From: an uncultured bacterium
GTDB lineage: Bacteria; Patescibacteriota; Gracilibacteria; UBA1369; PNNO01
Length of the DNA stretch: 32,000 bases
NCBI GenBank assembly: GCA_963704705.1
Contig: OY969931.1
Span: forward strand, 210,001-242,000
Direction: 5' to 3'
Part shown: piece after piece, positions 1-9,905 of the stretch
How positions within the stretch are numbered: the stretch's first letter is position 1
Layout: every line of letters starts with the position of its first letter
Notes under the pieces: model-generated
The model's database searches: none
The model's input: the letters and a program-made list of their open reading frames with translations, nothing else
What the model was told of the DNA's origin: nothing
Position numbers and translations under genes: made by a program

Positions 1-131
1 TCAACCATGGTTTTATCAAGTTCTTCTTTGGTGATATAAAAAGCTTTATCAAAGTGAGCATGACAATTAACAAAACCGCCATTTTGTTTAACAGCTTCCA
101 AGAATTGTGATTTTAAATCCCATTTTTGCAT
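1..131 (-). CDS. Partial CDS, N-terminus of an amidohydrolase-like protein (runs off the left edge)
   Basis: Reverse-strand reading from ATG at 131 gives MQKWDLKSQFLEAVKQNGGFVNCHAHFDKAFYITKEELDKTMV..., open to the window edge. NCHAHFDK resembles the N-terminal HxH metal motif of amidohydrolase/deaminase families. Confidence 0.55.
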   Translation of the reverse strand, partial: MQKWDLKSQFLEAVKQNGGFVNCHAHFDKAFYITKEELDKTMV

Positions 132-201
132 ATCTTTTTTTTAATAATTTTCGAGTTTATTTTATATAAAAAAAACAACTATAGCTAGTTATCTCTTAAA
201 A

Positions 202-277
202 TGGTGGGTCATACTGGATTCGAACCAGTGACCTTCTCCTTAAAAGGGAGCCGCTCTACCTGCTGAGCTAATGACCC
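202..277 (-). tRNA. tRNA-Lys (anticodon TTT)
   Basis: Reverse complement GGGTCATTAGCTCAGCAGGTAGAGCGGCTCCCTTTTAAGGAGAAGGTCACTGGTTCGAATCCAGTATGACCCACCA folds as a cloverleaf with a 7-bp acceptor stem, TTCGAAT T-loop, anticodon loop CTTTTAA and encoded CCA. Confidence 0.97.
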
Positions 278-325
278 AAAAAAGATTGCTTCACCATTCT
301 ACGAATACTTAACCTTTAGCGCAAG

Positions 326-901
326 TTAATTTTCATTTTTCTGTGTAAAAAGGCTGATTCCGAGGAAGCCCAAAGCCGGAAGCATGAACCAAACACTGTA
401 ATGATCAATGAGTAATCGGGCGATATTCGACTGATTGTAAATATCCTGAAAAGCACTGCTTGTAGCAATAGGGTCACCTACAATAAATGATGAACCTGAA
501 ACAAAAATTAAAGCAACACTTACTATTAAACAGGCATTTAAAAACCCGAATAATAAATTTATGGCTAGTTTAAAGCCAATAGGGCCGTCAGTTCTTACGT
601 CTACATCATAGTTGCCTTTAACGGATAAAAGTACAATAAGTACTACAAGCATTATAATTTTAACTAGAGCCGCCGCATCTTCAGGTGTGTTTACATAAAA
701 AAGCTTCATCATTTTCATAAAATTATCTGATAAAGCCAGAGTCTTCCCGAATAAATTACCCACAGCATCAGCAAAAAGTGCTGACATATAAGTAGCGATT
801 ATTACTTTTATATTATTGTTTCTGCCAATAATCAAACTGTAGGCAACTACAAGTCCGAAAAATACTATAATTAATAAATCCCACGATAGATTTACATTCA
901 T
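326..901 (-). CDS. Membrane protein, CvpA-like
   Basis: 191 aa ORF with about four hydrophobic segments; overall layout resembles the CvpA/colicin V production family. Weak family call. Confidence 0.5.
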   Translation of the reverse strand: MNVNLSWDLLIIVFFGLVVAYSLIIGRNNNIKVIIATYMSALFADAVGNLFGKTLALSDNFMKMMKLFYVNTPEDAAALVKIIMLVVLIVLLSVKGNYDVDVRTDGPIGFKLAINLLFGFLNACLIVSVALIFVSGSSFIVGDPIATSSAFQDIYNQSNIARLLIDHYSVWFMLPALGFLGISLFTQKNEN

Positions 902-955
902 GCTTTTAATTTAGATCAATATTTATAGTATAACATCATACAAAATTTGGCAAGA

Positions 956-2092
956 TTATCCAAAAAGCCCTTTTTTATTTTCTTTAATATTAAGTTTTGC
1001 TTCTGTTGCAAGCTCTTCATAAAGTTCTTTTTCTTTTTTTGTAAGTTTTGCAGGTACATCCAAAATTATTTTAATATAGTGATCTCCCTTTAGCGATGTA
1101 TTAAGTCTCGGCATTCCATAACCCTTTAATTTAAAAACTTTTCCACTGCTTGTGCCTGCAGGAATTTTTAATTTAACTTTTTCATAAACCGTTGGAACTT
1201 CAATTTCGTCTCCAAGAACCCCTTGTAGTAAATGAATTTTTTGTTCCGTATGAATATCATCTCCGCTTCTTACAAATTCTTTGTGAGATTCTACATTAAT
1301 ATGTAAATATAAATCTCCGTAATCTCCGCCTTTAAGTCCTGCTTCACCTTTGCCGCTCAATCTAATTGTTGAATCATCATTTATTCCGGCTGGAATTTTA
1401 ACTTTTACTCTTTCTTTTTTTCTTATTCTGGTTGTGCCGTGACAAACACTGCATTTTTTTTCTGGAGTTCTTCCTTCGCCATGGCATACGTCGCAGGTTC
1501 TTGAAGTAGCTATTTGGCCAAGTAAAGTCTGGCGAATTTCTTTGATTTCACCTGTGCCGTTACATAATGCACATGTGACAATTTTGCTTCCGGGTTCAGC
1601 ACCGGTAGCTTTGCAATGATCACATTTTTCCGCTTTTGTTATTTCAAGTTCACGCTCTGTACCTGTTACACTTTCTTCAAATTTAATTTTGATATTGGCT
1701 TCTATGTCTTCTCCTCTAACAGGTCCTCCTGCACGCGATCTTGTTCTTGAGCTAGAGCCGCCACTAAAAAATGTTTCAAAAATATCAGCAAAACCACCTC
1801 CCATATTTGAAAAATCAAATCCCTGAGCATTAAAGCCTGAATATCCCTGAGCACCGCCATAACCGCCACCTGCACCCTGAGATTGACCAAACTGGTCATA
1901 ATAAGTACGTTTTTTATTGTCCGACAGGGTTTCGTAAGCTTCACTCACTTGTTTGAATTTTGCTTCTGCACTTTTATCTCCTTTATTTTTATCAGGATGA
2001 TATTTTTGCGCTAATTTTCTGTAAGCTTTTTTAATTTCCTGGTCATTAGCGCCTTTGCTTATTCCTAGAATTTCGTAATAATCTTTAGCCAT
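956..2092 (-). CDS. dnaJ: Molecular chaperone DnaJ
   Basis: N-terminal J domain ([13 protein letters not shown]...[13 protein letters not shown] with HPD), G/F-rich linker, four zinc-centre motifs ([32 protein letters not shown]) and a C-terminal substrate-binding domain. Confidence 0.98.
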   Translation of the reverse strand: MAKDYYEILGISKGANDQEIKKAYRKLAQKYHPDKNKGDKSAEAKFKQVSEAYETLSDNKKRTYYDQFGQSQGAGGGYGGAQGYSGFNAQGFDFSNMGGGFADIFETFFSGGSSSRTRSRAGGPVRGEDIEANIKIKFEESVTGTERELEITKAEKCDHCKATGAEPGSKIVTCALCNGTGEIKEIRQTLLGQIATSRTCDVCHGEGRTPEKKCSVCHGTTRIRKKERVKVKIPAGINDDSTIRLSGKGEAGLKGGDYGDLYLHINVESHKEFVRSGDDIHTEQKIHLLQGVLGDEIEVPTVYEKVKLKIPAGTSSGKVFKLKGYGMPRLNTSLKGDHYIKIILDVPAKLTKKEKELYEELATEAKLNIKENKKGLFG

Positions 2093-2233
2093 CAGACACG
2101 AGTGTTAATGAGTGTCCCGCGAGCGAATAGAATAATCGCGAGCATAAGTATATATTTTGCTTGGGTATTCTAATTATATATTGAAATAAAATCAATTATT
2201 AGGTATTAGTTATTAGCAATTAGTAATTGATTT

Positions 2234-2308
2234 GGCCTCATCGTCTAGCGGTTAGGACATCGCCCTCTCACGGCGGAAACAGGGGTTCGATTCCCCTTGG
2301 GGCTACCA
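2234..2308 (+). tRNA. tRNA-Glu (anticodon CTC)
   Basis: GGCCTCATCGTCTAGCGGTTAGGACATCGCCCTCTCACGGCGGAAACAGGGGTTCGATTCCCCTTGGGGCTACCA; cloverleaf with anticodon loop CTCTCAC and encoded CCA. Confidence 0.96.
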
Positions 2309-2384
2309 AGAGCGTAGCGCTGATGGCGCGGAGCTCTTTGGAGTGAGCTTTAGCGAACGAAGCGGAAATATACTCGGCAATCTC

Positions 2385-2438
2385 AGTTTGCCCGGCAAAG
2401 TGGGTTTGCCGACCAAAGTGGGTTTGCCCGGCAATTCC
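2385..2438 (+). repeat. Three tandem 18-nt palindromic repeat units
   Basis: AGTTTGCCCGGCAAAGTG / GGTTTGCCGACCAAAGTG / GGTTTGCCCGGCAATTCC, each built around TTGCC-x-GGCAA. Confidence 0.8.
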
Positions 2439-2540
2439 CTGAATAACAAACCAAACTTCAGGATTGTCAACTTGATTTTAGAAACAAATTATACTTTTTT
2501 TAGTTTTTTTAAGTGAGATTGGAAGAGATATTAAAAAGCG

Positions 2541-2830
2541 TCTAAACCTTGGATTAAAGCGAAAAGTAAAGAGTTGCGGCATCAAAAAGAATATTATCTG
2601 ATATTAAAAAAGTCGCTTAGAATAGAGAATAACGCTAAATTGTACCATTGACGAAGCAACTTCATTTGTATAACATTCACCTGATCATAGCGAAAAAATA
2701 GAAATCCACAGAGCTCTCGCAAGAGGGCCTAATCTTACTGCGCGTCATAAACGTATAGATACCTTATTATATATAACACTGCTCATTGAAAATCAGGCGG
2801 AAAAAATTATAACAACAATCCGTTACTGAA
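2541..2830 (+). pseudogene. Possible degraded small protein-coding gene (frame-disrupted)
   Basis: Coding-like peptides in successive frames separated by stops: AKSKELRHQKEYYLILKKSLRIENNAKLYH* then ...HSPDHSEKIEIHRALARGPNLTARHKRIDTLLYITLLIENQAEKIITTIRY*. No recognised family. Confidence 0.25.
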
Positions 2831-2914
2831 AAGTAACATTAATATATATGTCTTATAGGTTTGGACATTAAATAAACCAATCATTTTATCAATTATTCTT
2901 AACTTTAGAAAGCC

Positions 2915-5900
2915 ATGGATCTTTCTTTGCGAAACATTCGCAAAAACATCGCTGCTTTCACGTTGCTTGGAATTCTTGCCAGTTTTGTTGTGGCAGGAAC
3001 TGCAAATGCAGCTGTAGCTACCGATGTTTACGGTGACGTTACTGGTACCGAATGGTATTCAGCTGACGTTCAATGGGGACTCGATAACGGGATCCTCGAC
3101 GAATCTCAAGCTTATTTTAGAGCTGGTGATAACGCTACCAGAGCAGAATTCTTCAAGATGACTGCTGCAGGAGCTGGTATCCCAGAAGCTGCTTGTGATG
3201 AAACTTTATTCCCAGATTTAAATGCAGATCACTGGGGATGTGGATGGGTAACTGCCTTAGCTGAAGCTGGAGTTGTTTCTGGTGACGGTGCTAATGCAGC
3301 AACCCCAGGTTATGTAAGACCAAACGACAACATCGTACGTGCGGAAGCAGGTAAAGTTGTAGTTGAAGCTTACGGACTAACTGGATCTTCTCCAGGAACA
3401 GTATTCGACGATGTTGCTGGTACTGAATGGTATTCTGATTATGCAGGTATTGCTTTTGATAACTGTGTATTCCAGGGTGTTGGAAGTACTATGAACCTTG
3501 AAGGAGGACGAAACATTGTTCGTGCTGAAGCTATCGCTGTTGTACACAGAGGTGCTAACCCAACTAGTGACTGTCAAAGTTATGTAGGTCCTACTGGAGC
3601 ACTTACTGTATCAGTTGATGGTTCAACTCCTGCAAGCTCACTAATCCCAAGAAATGCAAGTGGCGTTTCTTACACTGTTTGGGGATTACAAGCTTCTAAC
3701 GATGAAGATGTTAATATCGAAGGACTTTTAGTTCACAGAACTGGTTTAGGTGAAGCTAACGACTTCAAAGAAGTTAGACTTTATGTAAACGGTGTACAAA
3801 AAGGTTCTAAGAAAAATGTTAACACTACTTCTAACGATGCAGATTTTGCTCTTGCAGGTGATGTAATTACTGTTCCTGCAGGTGGAAAACTTCTTGTAGA
3901 AGCTGTTGCTGACATGGATACTTTGAACTCTAACTCAGAGAACGCTCTATGTTTGATGGCTCCTGAATCTGTTACTGCTGTAGGTGCTGATTCTGGTGAA
4001 CCTGTAGTTGTTGGAGGCGCATTCACTGCTTGCGGTAATTATATGTATACAACTTCTGCAACTGTAGGTACTGTTCAATATACAACTACTGACTTTGGTG
4101 GAGATATTAACGTTGGTGATACTGACGTAGATATGACTCGTCTTAGATTGGAAGTTGATGGTGAAGCTGGTATGATCCAGAGAATCACTATGAAACAAAC
4201 CGGAAGTGCTGACCCTGAAGATTTTGCTAATACTATGTGGTATCACAACAATGTTGCTGTTGACGGACTTGATTGTGGATGGGCAGGAGATTTCTGGTCT
4301 TGTGACTTCACTGGTGCTAATCAAACAGTAGCTGATGGAGGTGTATATAATTTGGACCTTCGAACTGACGTTGTAGGTGGTATTGCAAACACTGCTGCTT
4401 TTGACGTTAAGAGAGATACTGATATCTATGTACTTGGAGATCAGTATCATTACGGATTAAATGTAAGTGAAGCTACAGGAAGCACTGCTCCAGCTGCTAG
4501 AAATATAGTTGGCGGACGTCTTGCATTCTCAACTTCAGCTGATAATCCAACTGTTGGTGATGTTGCTCCAAATGCAAATGATCACGAATTCTTAGGATTC
4601 AACATTTCTACAGGAGGTGATTCTGTAGATATCAATCAATTCGATTTAGTTGTGACTTATGATGGTTTATCTCTTGCAGCTAATGAAGTAGATGATCTTA
4701 AAGTATGGAAATGGGACAAAGGAACTGAAAGCTGGAAAATTGCAGCTTCTGGACTAGATCCAGCTAACGGTACATGTACTTTATGGCCGGTTCCTGCTAC
4801 TTGTACTAATACTTACGAAGATGTTATCTCATTACCTGCATCAGGTACTACTCAGTTTATGGCAACTATGGATGTAGATGCTAATGCACCTGATGGAGCT
4901 ACATATGCTGTAGGTATGAATCCTCTAGCTACTGGAGATGCTGAATTTTCAAGTAACGGTGATCCTGTTTCTACAACAGAAATTTCTGGATTACCACTTG
5001 CTGGTAATGCACAAACTGTTGCTCCACCAAACTTAACTGTTGAAAAATCATCAGCTCCTGGTGATCAGACTGTAGTTAAAAACCAGAAAGCTATTGACCT
5101 TGTAGGTTACGATCTTACTGCATCTACTGCTTCTGATCTTACTTTCAGAACATTAGAACTTACTTGTGTTCCTAGTGCTGGTAATTGTGATGATTACTTC
5201 ACTAATCTTGAACTTTATCAAAAAGACGGAGCAAGTTTGTTCTTCCTTGATAATTCAAACTTCTCAGGACAAGTGGCAGTATTCAACAATGTTAACCTTG
5301 ATATAGCAAACGGACAAACTGAAAAAATATTAGCTAGAGCTGATGCTACTTCAAGTCCTGCAACTGGTGTTACAGCTACTATTGAATTAGCAGCTGATAC
5401 TGATATTGCTGCTGATGATGAATTTGGATACGCATTATCTTCTGGAGCGATTGCAGATCAAATTGATGCATGTGTTGCTGGTGGTGAAGGTTGTTTAACT
5501 CCAACTACTGAAGCACCAGTAATTTCATTCGCTAGCAATGGTGCAATCCAGGTTTCTATTGAGGATACATTAGATGACGAAATCGTTCTTGATGGTACTA
5601 ACGATGTGTTAGTTGGAGAAGTAACTATTCGTGAGACATCAGATGCTGAAGGTATTCTTATTAGAAAATTAAGATTAACAAATAATATTGATGGAGTTGG
5701 TTGTGGTACAAGTGGCGTTTCTACTGTTAAAATTCCATATCCAGATGCAACCAATCCATATACTGCAGCTTTACAGGTAAGTGGTATATCTGAATTCTCA
5801 TTTGCTACTACCGGAGACAGAAAAGTATCTGTTCCAAGAGATGGAACAATAACTCTTCCAATATATGTTAATACAAACACTATTGGTGGTTCAGGAACTA

Positions 5901-6679
5901 CTTCCGGAGAATGCGTTGACATGCAGGTTAACTTACTTAATGGTGTTGACTTCAGTTATGACGCTGGCACAATTGATATTGATGCATTAGGCACATCTTC
6001 TGGTGTTCAATTACCTACCGCTGACATAGTTGGTGGTGCTGGATATACTGGAGACGTTTACAGTTCTGGAGCAAATACATTCACTATCAGAAACAACAAA
6101 CCTTCAATCACTACAAATTATGAATTGACTACAGGTCAGGATCTATACGGATTTGGACAAACTCCAAGTGCATCTGATCCAGTTCTTGGATTCAATGTTT
6201 CTGTAGAAGGTACTGATACTATGTCAATGTATGACATTGAACTTAGTGAAGACGGAACTTGTAGCGCATTAGCTACGAACGTACTTCTTTACAGGGAAAC
6301 TGCTTACCTAGCTAACCAGGCAGCTCTTGCTGATGATGGTGGCGATGGAGTATTCGATGCAGCAGACTTTACTAATGGAGTAGGTATTCAGGTAACTGGT
6401 GGTTCTGATAGAAATTATGTAGTTGTAGCTGATACATCTACTGGTGGTTGTGTATTCAACACTACTACACCCGATACACTAGAAGTTTGGATTGGAGACA
6501 ATGGATTCGATGCAGACTATGACAATGATGCTAACGCAGCAACTGGTGATGGTCCATCTGCATTCATTTGGGATGATTCAAAAGTTAATTTAATCCCTGG
6601 TCAAAATGCACCTTGGATTGGTGATACTGGTGTAAATAACGATACAGTCAACGCTGATACTACTATGATCTTCGGATAA
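2915..6679 (+). CDS. SLH-domain S-layer/surface protein
   Basis: 1254 aa; N-terminal signal peptide (IRKNIAAFTLLGILASFVVAGTANAAVA), then SLH-like repeats (VYGDVTGTEWYSADVQWGLDNGILDE...RAGDNATRAEFFKM; LFPDLNADHWGCGWVTALAEAGVV...VRPNDNIVRAEAGKVV; VFDDVAGTEWYSDYAGIAFDNCVF...NIVRAEAIAVV), then a long beta-rich Thr/Ala/Gly/Asp-rich region. Confidence 0.9.
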   Translation: MDLSLRNIRKNIAAFTLLGILASFVVAGTANAAVATDVYGDVTGTEWYSADVQWGLDNGILDESQAYFRAGDNATRAEFFKMTAAGAGIPEAACDETLFPDLNADHWGCGWVTALAEAGVVSGDGANAATPGYVRPNDNIVRAEAGKVVVEAYGLTGSSPGTVFDDVAGTEWYSDYAGIAFDNCVFQGVGSTMNLEGGRNIVRAEAIAVVHRGANPTSDCQSYVGPTGALTVSVDGSTPASSLIPRNASGVSYTVWGLQASNDEDVNIEGLLVHRTGLGEANDFKEVRLYVNGVQKGSKKNVNTTSNDADFALAGDVITVPAGGKLLVEAVADMDTLNSNSENALCLMAPESVTAVGADSGEPVVVGGAFTACGNYMYTTSATVGTVQYTTTDFGGDINVGDTDVDMTRLRLEVDGEAGMIQRITMKQTGSADPEDFANTMWYHNNVAVDGLDCGWAGDFWSCDFTGANQTVADGGVYNLDLRTDVVGGIANTAAFDVKRDTDIYVLGDQYHYGLNVSEATGSTAPAARNIVGGRLAFSTSADNPTVGDVAPNANDHEFLGFNISTGGDSVDINQFDLVVTYDGLSLAANEVDDLKVWKWDKGTESWKIAASGLDPANGTCTLWPVPATCTNTYEDVISLPASGTTQFMATMDVDANAPDGATYAVGMNPLATGDAEFSSNGDPVSTTEISGLPLAGNAQTVAPPNLTVEKSSAPGDQTVVKNQKAIDLVGYDLTASTASDLTFRTLELTCVPSAGNCDDYFTNLELYQKDGASLFFLDNSNFSGQVAVFNNVNLDIANGQTEKILARADATSSPATGVTATIELAADTDIAADDEFGYALSSGAIADQIDACVAGGEGCLTPTTEAPVISFASNGAIQVSIEDTLDDEIVLDGTNDVLVGEVTIRETSDAEGILIRKLRLTNNIDGVGCGTSGVSTVKIPYPDATNPYTAALQVSGISEFSFATTGDRKVSVPRDGTITLPIYVNTNTIGGSGTTSGECVDMQVNLLNGVDFSYDAGTIDIDALGTSSGVQLPTADIVGGAGYTGDVYSSGANTFTIRNNKPSITTNYELTTGQDLYGFGQTPSASDPVLGFNVSVEGTDTMSMYDIELSEDGTCSALATNVLLYRETAYLANQAALADDGGDGVFDAADFTNGVGIQVTGGSDRNYVVVADTSTGGCVFNTTTPDTLEVWIGDNGFDADYDNDANAATGDGPSAFIWDDSKVNLIPGQNAPWIGDTGVNNDTVNADTTMIFG

Positions 6680-6714
6680 TAATTCGAACTGATTAGTAAC
6701 TATCAATGTTGCTT

Positions 6715-6746
6715 AAAAAGCCCCGCCGAAAGGCGGGGCTTTTTTT
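6715..6746 (+). terminator. Rho-independent terminator downstream of the SLH protein
   Basis: AAAAAGCCCCGCC-GAAA-GGCGGGGCTTTTTTT; GC stem with GAAA loop and T-tract, 36 bp after the stop codon. Confidence 0.95.
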
Positions 6747-6764
6747 ATACTTAAATATATTTAA

Positions 6765-7433
6765 TTAGATGTGTTTTTTAATTAAGCTAAGATAAGTAGC
6801 AAAATCATTTGTTAACTGAGCATTCCTTAGTTCATCTGTCTCATCTCTTATAAGGCCTGTTTCATTGCTGCCAAGTGCTCTTTTTATAGAAAAATTATAT
6901 ACCCTATATGTTGCTTCCATTTGGTCCTGTAGAAATTGTCTTGTTTGTTCATGATTCCATAATAAAAACTCATCGGTTTCTTCAGCGCTTTTTGGATAAC
7001 CGTTTCCGATAAATAAAACAACTCCTTTATCCAAAGTAATATCAATAAGGCTCTGAATATATGCTTTATTTCTATTAAAATTTTCTTCAGCTGCTTCCTG
7101 GCTGCCTCCAACATAATCATTCGGACCTAATCCAACCAAAATTAAATTAACATATCCATCTACTTTTTTATCAACCAATTCCTGAACTAAATCTTTTGCA
7201 TCCAACCCAGAGTTAACTTCGTGGAAAATAAAAATATTATCTGTTTTCTGCTCAGCATTTGCCATTTTTTCTTTTAAATAATTAAACCATCCCTGATATT
7301 CAGGCCCACCAATTAAATTCACATAATAGGGCTGAGTTTCATCTATATCCACTAAACCGTTTCCATCAATTGTAGGTCCGCAAGCTGTTAATAAAACTAG
7401 TCCTGCTGCCAAAAAAGCTAATACTTTTTTCAT
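6765..7433 (-). CDS. Putative lipoprotein, SGNH/GDSL hydrolase-like
   Basis: Start trimmed from the supplied ORF (7493) to MKKVLAFLAAGLVLLTACGPT, a lipobox signal peptide (LTAC). Contains VGLGPNDY, resembling an SGNH block III motif. Confidence 0.5.
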   Translation of the reverse strand: MKKVLAFLAAGLVLLTACGPTIDGNGLVDIDETQPYYVNLIGGPEYQGWFNYLKEKMANAEQKTDNIFIFHEVNSGLDAKDLVQELVDKKVDGYVNLILVGLGPNDYVGGSQEAAEENFNRNKAYIQSLIDITLDKGVVLFIGNGYPKSAEETDEFLLWNHEQTRQFLQDQMEATYRVYNFSIKRALGSNETGLIRDETDELRNAQLTNDFATYLSLIKKHI

Positions 7434-7471
7434 AATATTATTGGTTAATAATTTCGGTTTTGGATTATACT

Positions 7472-8677
7472 CTACGAAGTGCCTTCCTGCCAAGAGTTCA
7501 AATATTCAATTTGTTCAGGAGTTAGCTCGTCGATTTCTACATCCATTGTTTTAAGCTGTAGTTTTGCGATTTCATCATCGATTTCTGCTGGAAGCTGAAT
7601 AACTGCATTACCGAGCTTACCTTTATTTTTAACTAAAAATTCACAAGCGAGTGCCTGGCCGCAGAAGCTCATGGACATAACATCAGATGGGTGTCCTTCA
7701 GCTGCCGCTAGGTTAATTAAACGGCCTTCTCCTAAAATATAAATATGACCAGGACCTTCTATTTCAAATTTTTCCATAAAGGGTCTTACTTGCTCTGTAT
7801 GCTTTGCAATTTCGCGAATACCCTTCACGTCTATCTCAATGTCAAAATGGCCTGAATTCGCAAGAATCGCGCCCATTTTCATTGTTTTAACGTGCGCCGG
7901 GCTTATAACATGTTTATTACCGGTAACCGTAATAAAAATATCTCCGATTGGTGCTGCGTCTTCCATTTTCATCACTCTAAATCCATCCATATGTGCCTGA
8001 AGTGCAGGGAAAGCATCAACCTCTGTAACAATAACATTTGCACCCAAACCTTTTGCTCGCATGGCAGTGCCCTTACCGCAGCTTCCATATCCTGCGACAA
8101 CAACAGTTTTTCCGCAAACCAAAGTATTTGTTGCCCTTAAAATACCGTCCCATGTTGATTGGCCGGTTCCATAATAATTATCCATTAAATGTTTTGTATT
8201 GTTGTCATTAACAGCTATAACCGGATATTTTAAAGCACCTTCCCGAACCATTGAATGAAGTCTGATAATTCCTGTTGTTGTTTCTTCACATCCGCCGATA
8301 ATTTCATCCATTAAATCAGTTCGTTTTGTATGAATTTCAGTAACCAAATCACATCCGTCGTCTATTGTAATATTTGGTTTTATATCCAGTACATTATTTA
8401 GGCAGGCATAATATTCCTCAGAAGTCTGACCTTTTTTGCCATACGCTTTCATTCCTTTCGCTCGCAAAGCTTCTGCTACATCATCCTGAGTTGAAAGTGG
8501 ATTACACCCTGCAACCGCTACTTCTGCACCCCCGGCTTCCAAAGTTTCAACAAGGTTTGCTGTTTCTTTTGTTATATGAAGAGCCATGCCGATTCGCACA
8601 CCCTTAAGTGGCTTTTCTTTTTCAAATCGTTTTTTGATTTCCATTAAAGCACCCATGTTTTCTTTTGCGAGTGCCAT
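7472..8677 (-). CDS. ahcY: Adenosylhomocysteinase
   Basis: MALAKENMGALMEIKKRFEKEKPLKGVRIGMALHITKETANLVETL...; NAD-binding VVVAGYGSCGKGTAMRAKGLGANVIVTEVD; QTSEEYYACLN and HPSDVMSMSF. Start trimmed from 8710 to 8677. Confidence 0.95.
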   Translation of the reverse strand: MALAKENMGALMEIKKRFEKEKPLKGVRIGMALHITKETANLVETLEAGGAEVAVAGCNPLSTQDDVAEALRAKGMKAYGKKGQTSEEYYACLNNVLDIKPNITIDDGCDLVTEIHTKRTDLMDEIIGGCEETTTGIIRLHSMVREGALKYPVIAVNDNNTKHLMDNYYGTGQSTWDGILRATNTLVCGKTVVVAGYGSCGKGTAMRAKGLGANVIVTEVDAFPALQAHMDGFRVMKMEDAAPIGDIFITVTGNKHVISPAHVKTMKMGAILANSGHFDIEIDVKGIREIAKHTEQVRPFMEKFEIEGPGHIYILGEGRLINLAAAEGHPSDVMSMSFCGQALACEFLVKNKGKLGNAVIQLPAEIDDEIAKLQLKTMDVEIDELTPEQIEYLNSWQEGTS

Positions 8678-8709
8678 ATTATTTTCTCCCTGCTTTATTA
8701 AATTATTCA

Positions 8710-9855
8710 TTATTTAAATACGTTAGTTTTATCTGTTTGCTCCCATGTGAATTCAGGGAGTTCGCGGCCAAAGTGGCCATAGCAAGCTGTTTTTTGATAA
8801 ATTGGTCTTAATAAATTTAAACCGGTAATTATTCCTGCCGGACTTAAATCGAAATTATCCAAAATCATTTGTTCGATTTTTCTGTCATCAACTTTACCTG
8901 TTCCATAAGTTTTAACTTCAATAGATAAAGGATGGGTTACGCCGATTGCGTATGAAAGCTGAAGTTCACATTTTTTTGCGATTCCGCTCGCAACAACATT
9001 TTTTGCAATATATCTGGCCATGTAAGTTGCGCTTCTGTCTACTTTTGTTGGATCTTTTCCTGAGAAACAACCTCCGCCATGAGCAGCTGAGCCGCCATAG
9101 GTATCAACAATTATTTTTCTGCCTGTTAATCCCGTATCACCCATTGGTCCGCCAATAATAAATTTACCTGTTGGGTTAATGTAGTATTTTGTATTTTTAT
9201 CAATCAAGCCGTCGCAAACAGGTTTAATAACATATTTCTTAATATCTTCCGCGATTTCTTTTTGAGTAAGCCTTGGATCATGTTGAGCAGACACAACAAC
9301 CTGATCAATTCTTTTTGGTTTACCGTCGTGATATTCTACTGTTACCTGAGTCTTGCCGTCAGGTCTTAAATAATTTAGAATTTTATTTTTTCGAACTTCT
9401 TCAAGTTTCATAGCAAGCTTATGAGCAAGACTAATTGGCAAAGGCATGAGTTCAGGAGTTTCATCACAGGCATATCCAATCATAATTCCCTGATCACCAG
9501 CACCAAGATTTTTATCTATTGTGTGTTTTTTATTCACACCCTGTGCAATATCCGGACTCTGTTCATGAATAGAAGTGATAACACTGCAGGTTTCGTTATC
9601 AAAGCCGAATTTCGCCCTTGTGTAGCCAATATCTTTAACAACCTTCCTTGCAATATCAGGTATATCAACATAACAATTTGTTGTAATTTCACCTGCAACA
9701 AAAACCAAACCTGTTGTTACCAGAGTTTCACAAGCAACGCGTCCAAAAGGATCCTGCTCCAAAATTGCGTCTAAGATTGCATCAGAAACCTGATCTGCAA
9801 GTTTATCAGGATGTCCGCAAGTAACCGATTCCGATGTAAAGTAATGTTTGTTCAT
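8710..9855 (-). CDS. metK: S-adenosylmethionine synthetase
   Basis: [27 protein letters not shown]; [12 protein letters not shown]; [21 protein letters not shown]; [16 protein letters not shown]. Confidence 0.98.
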   Translation of the reverse strand: MNKHYFTSESVTCGHPDKLADQVSDAILDAILEQDPFGRVACETLVTTGLVFVAGEITTNCYVDIPDIARKVVKDIGYTRAKFGFDNETCSVITSIHEQSPDIAQGVNKKHTIDKNLGAGDQGIMIGYACDETPELMPLPISLAHKLAMKLEEVRKNKILNYLRPDGKTQVTVEYHDGKPKRIDQVVVSAQHDPRLTQKEIAEDIKKYVIKPVCDGLIDKNTKYYINPTGKFIIGGPMGDTGLTGRKIIVDTYGGSAAHGGGCFSGKDPTKVDRSATYMARYIAKNVVASGIAKKCELQLSYAIGVTHPLSIEVKTYGTGKVDDRKIEQMILDNFDLSPAGIITGLNLLRPIYQKTACYGHFGRELPEFTWEQTDKTNVFK

Positions 9856-9905
9856 AATACGAAAAGGATATTAGCAAAGTCAGGCGAAGAAATCCAGAGG
9901 TACCA

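Noticed and set aside
2095-2116. GACAC...GTGTC upstream of dnaJ as a CIRCE (HrcA) heat-shock element
   Set aside because: CIRCE is TTAGCACTC-N9-GAGTGCTAA. Here only a 5-bp inverted repeat and ACACTC direct repeats exist, so there is no real match.
3377-5922. Long minus-strand ORFs antisense to the SLH gene (66, 81, 167 and 154 aa)
   Set aside because: They lie wholly inside the well-supported 1254-aa gene, are Ser/Thr/Val-rich mirror translations, and are expected from its biased codon usage.
7434-7493. N-terminal extension of the lipoprotein ORF (MAGRHFVEYNPKPKLLTNNI)
   Set aside because: It overlaps ahcY and precedes an obvious lipoprotein signal peptide; the start at 7433 is preferred.
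8946-9774. Plus-strand ORFs (70 and 117 aa) opposite metK
   Set aside because: Antisense to highly conserved MetK codons, no domain signature.
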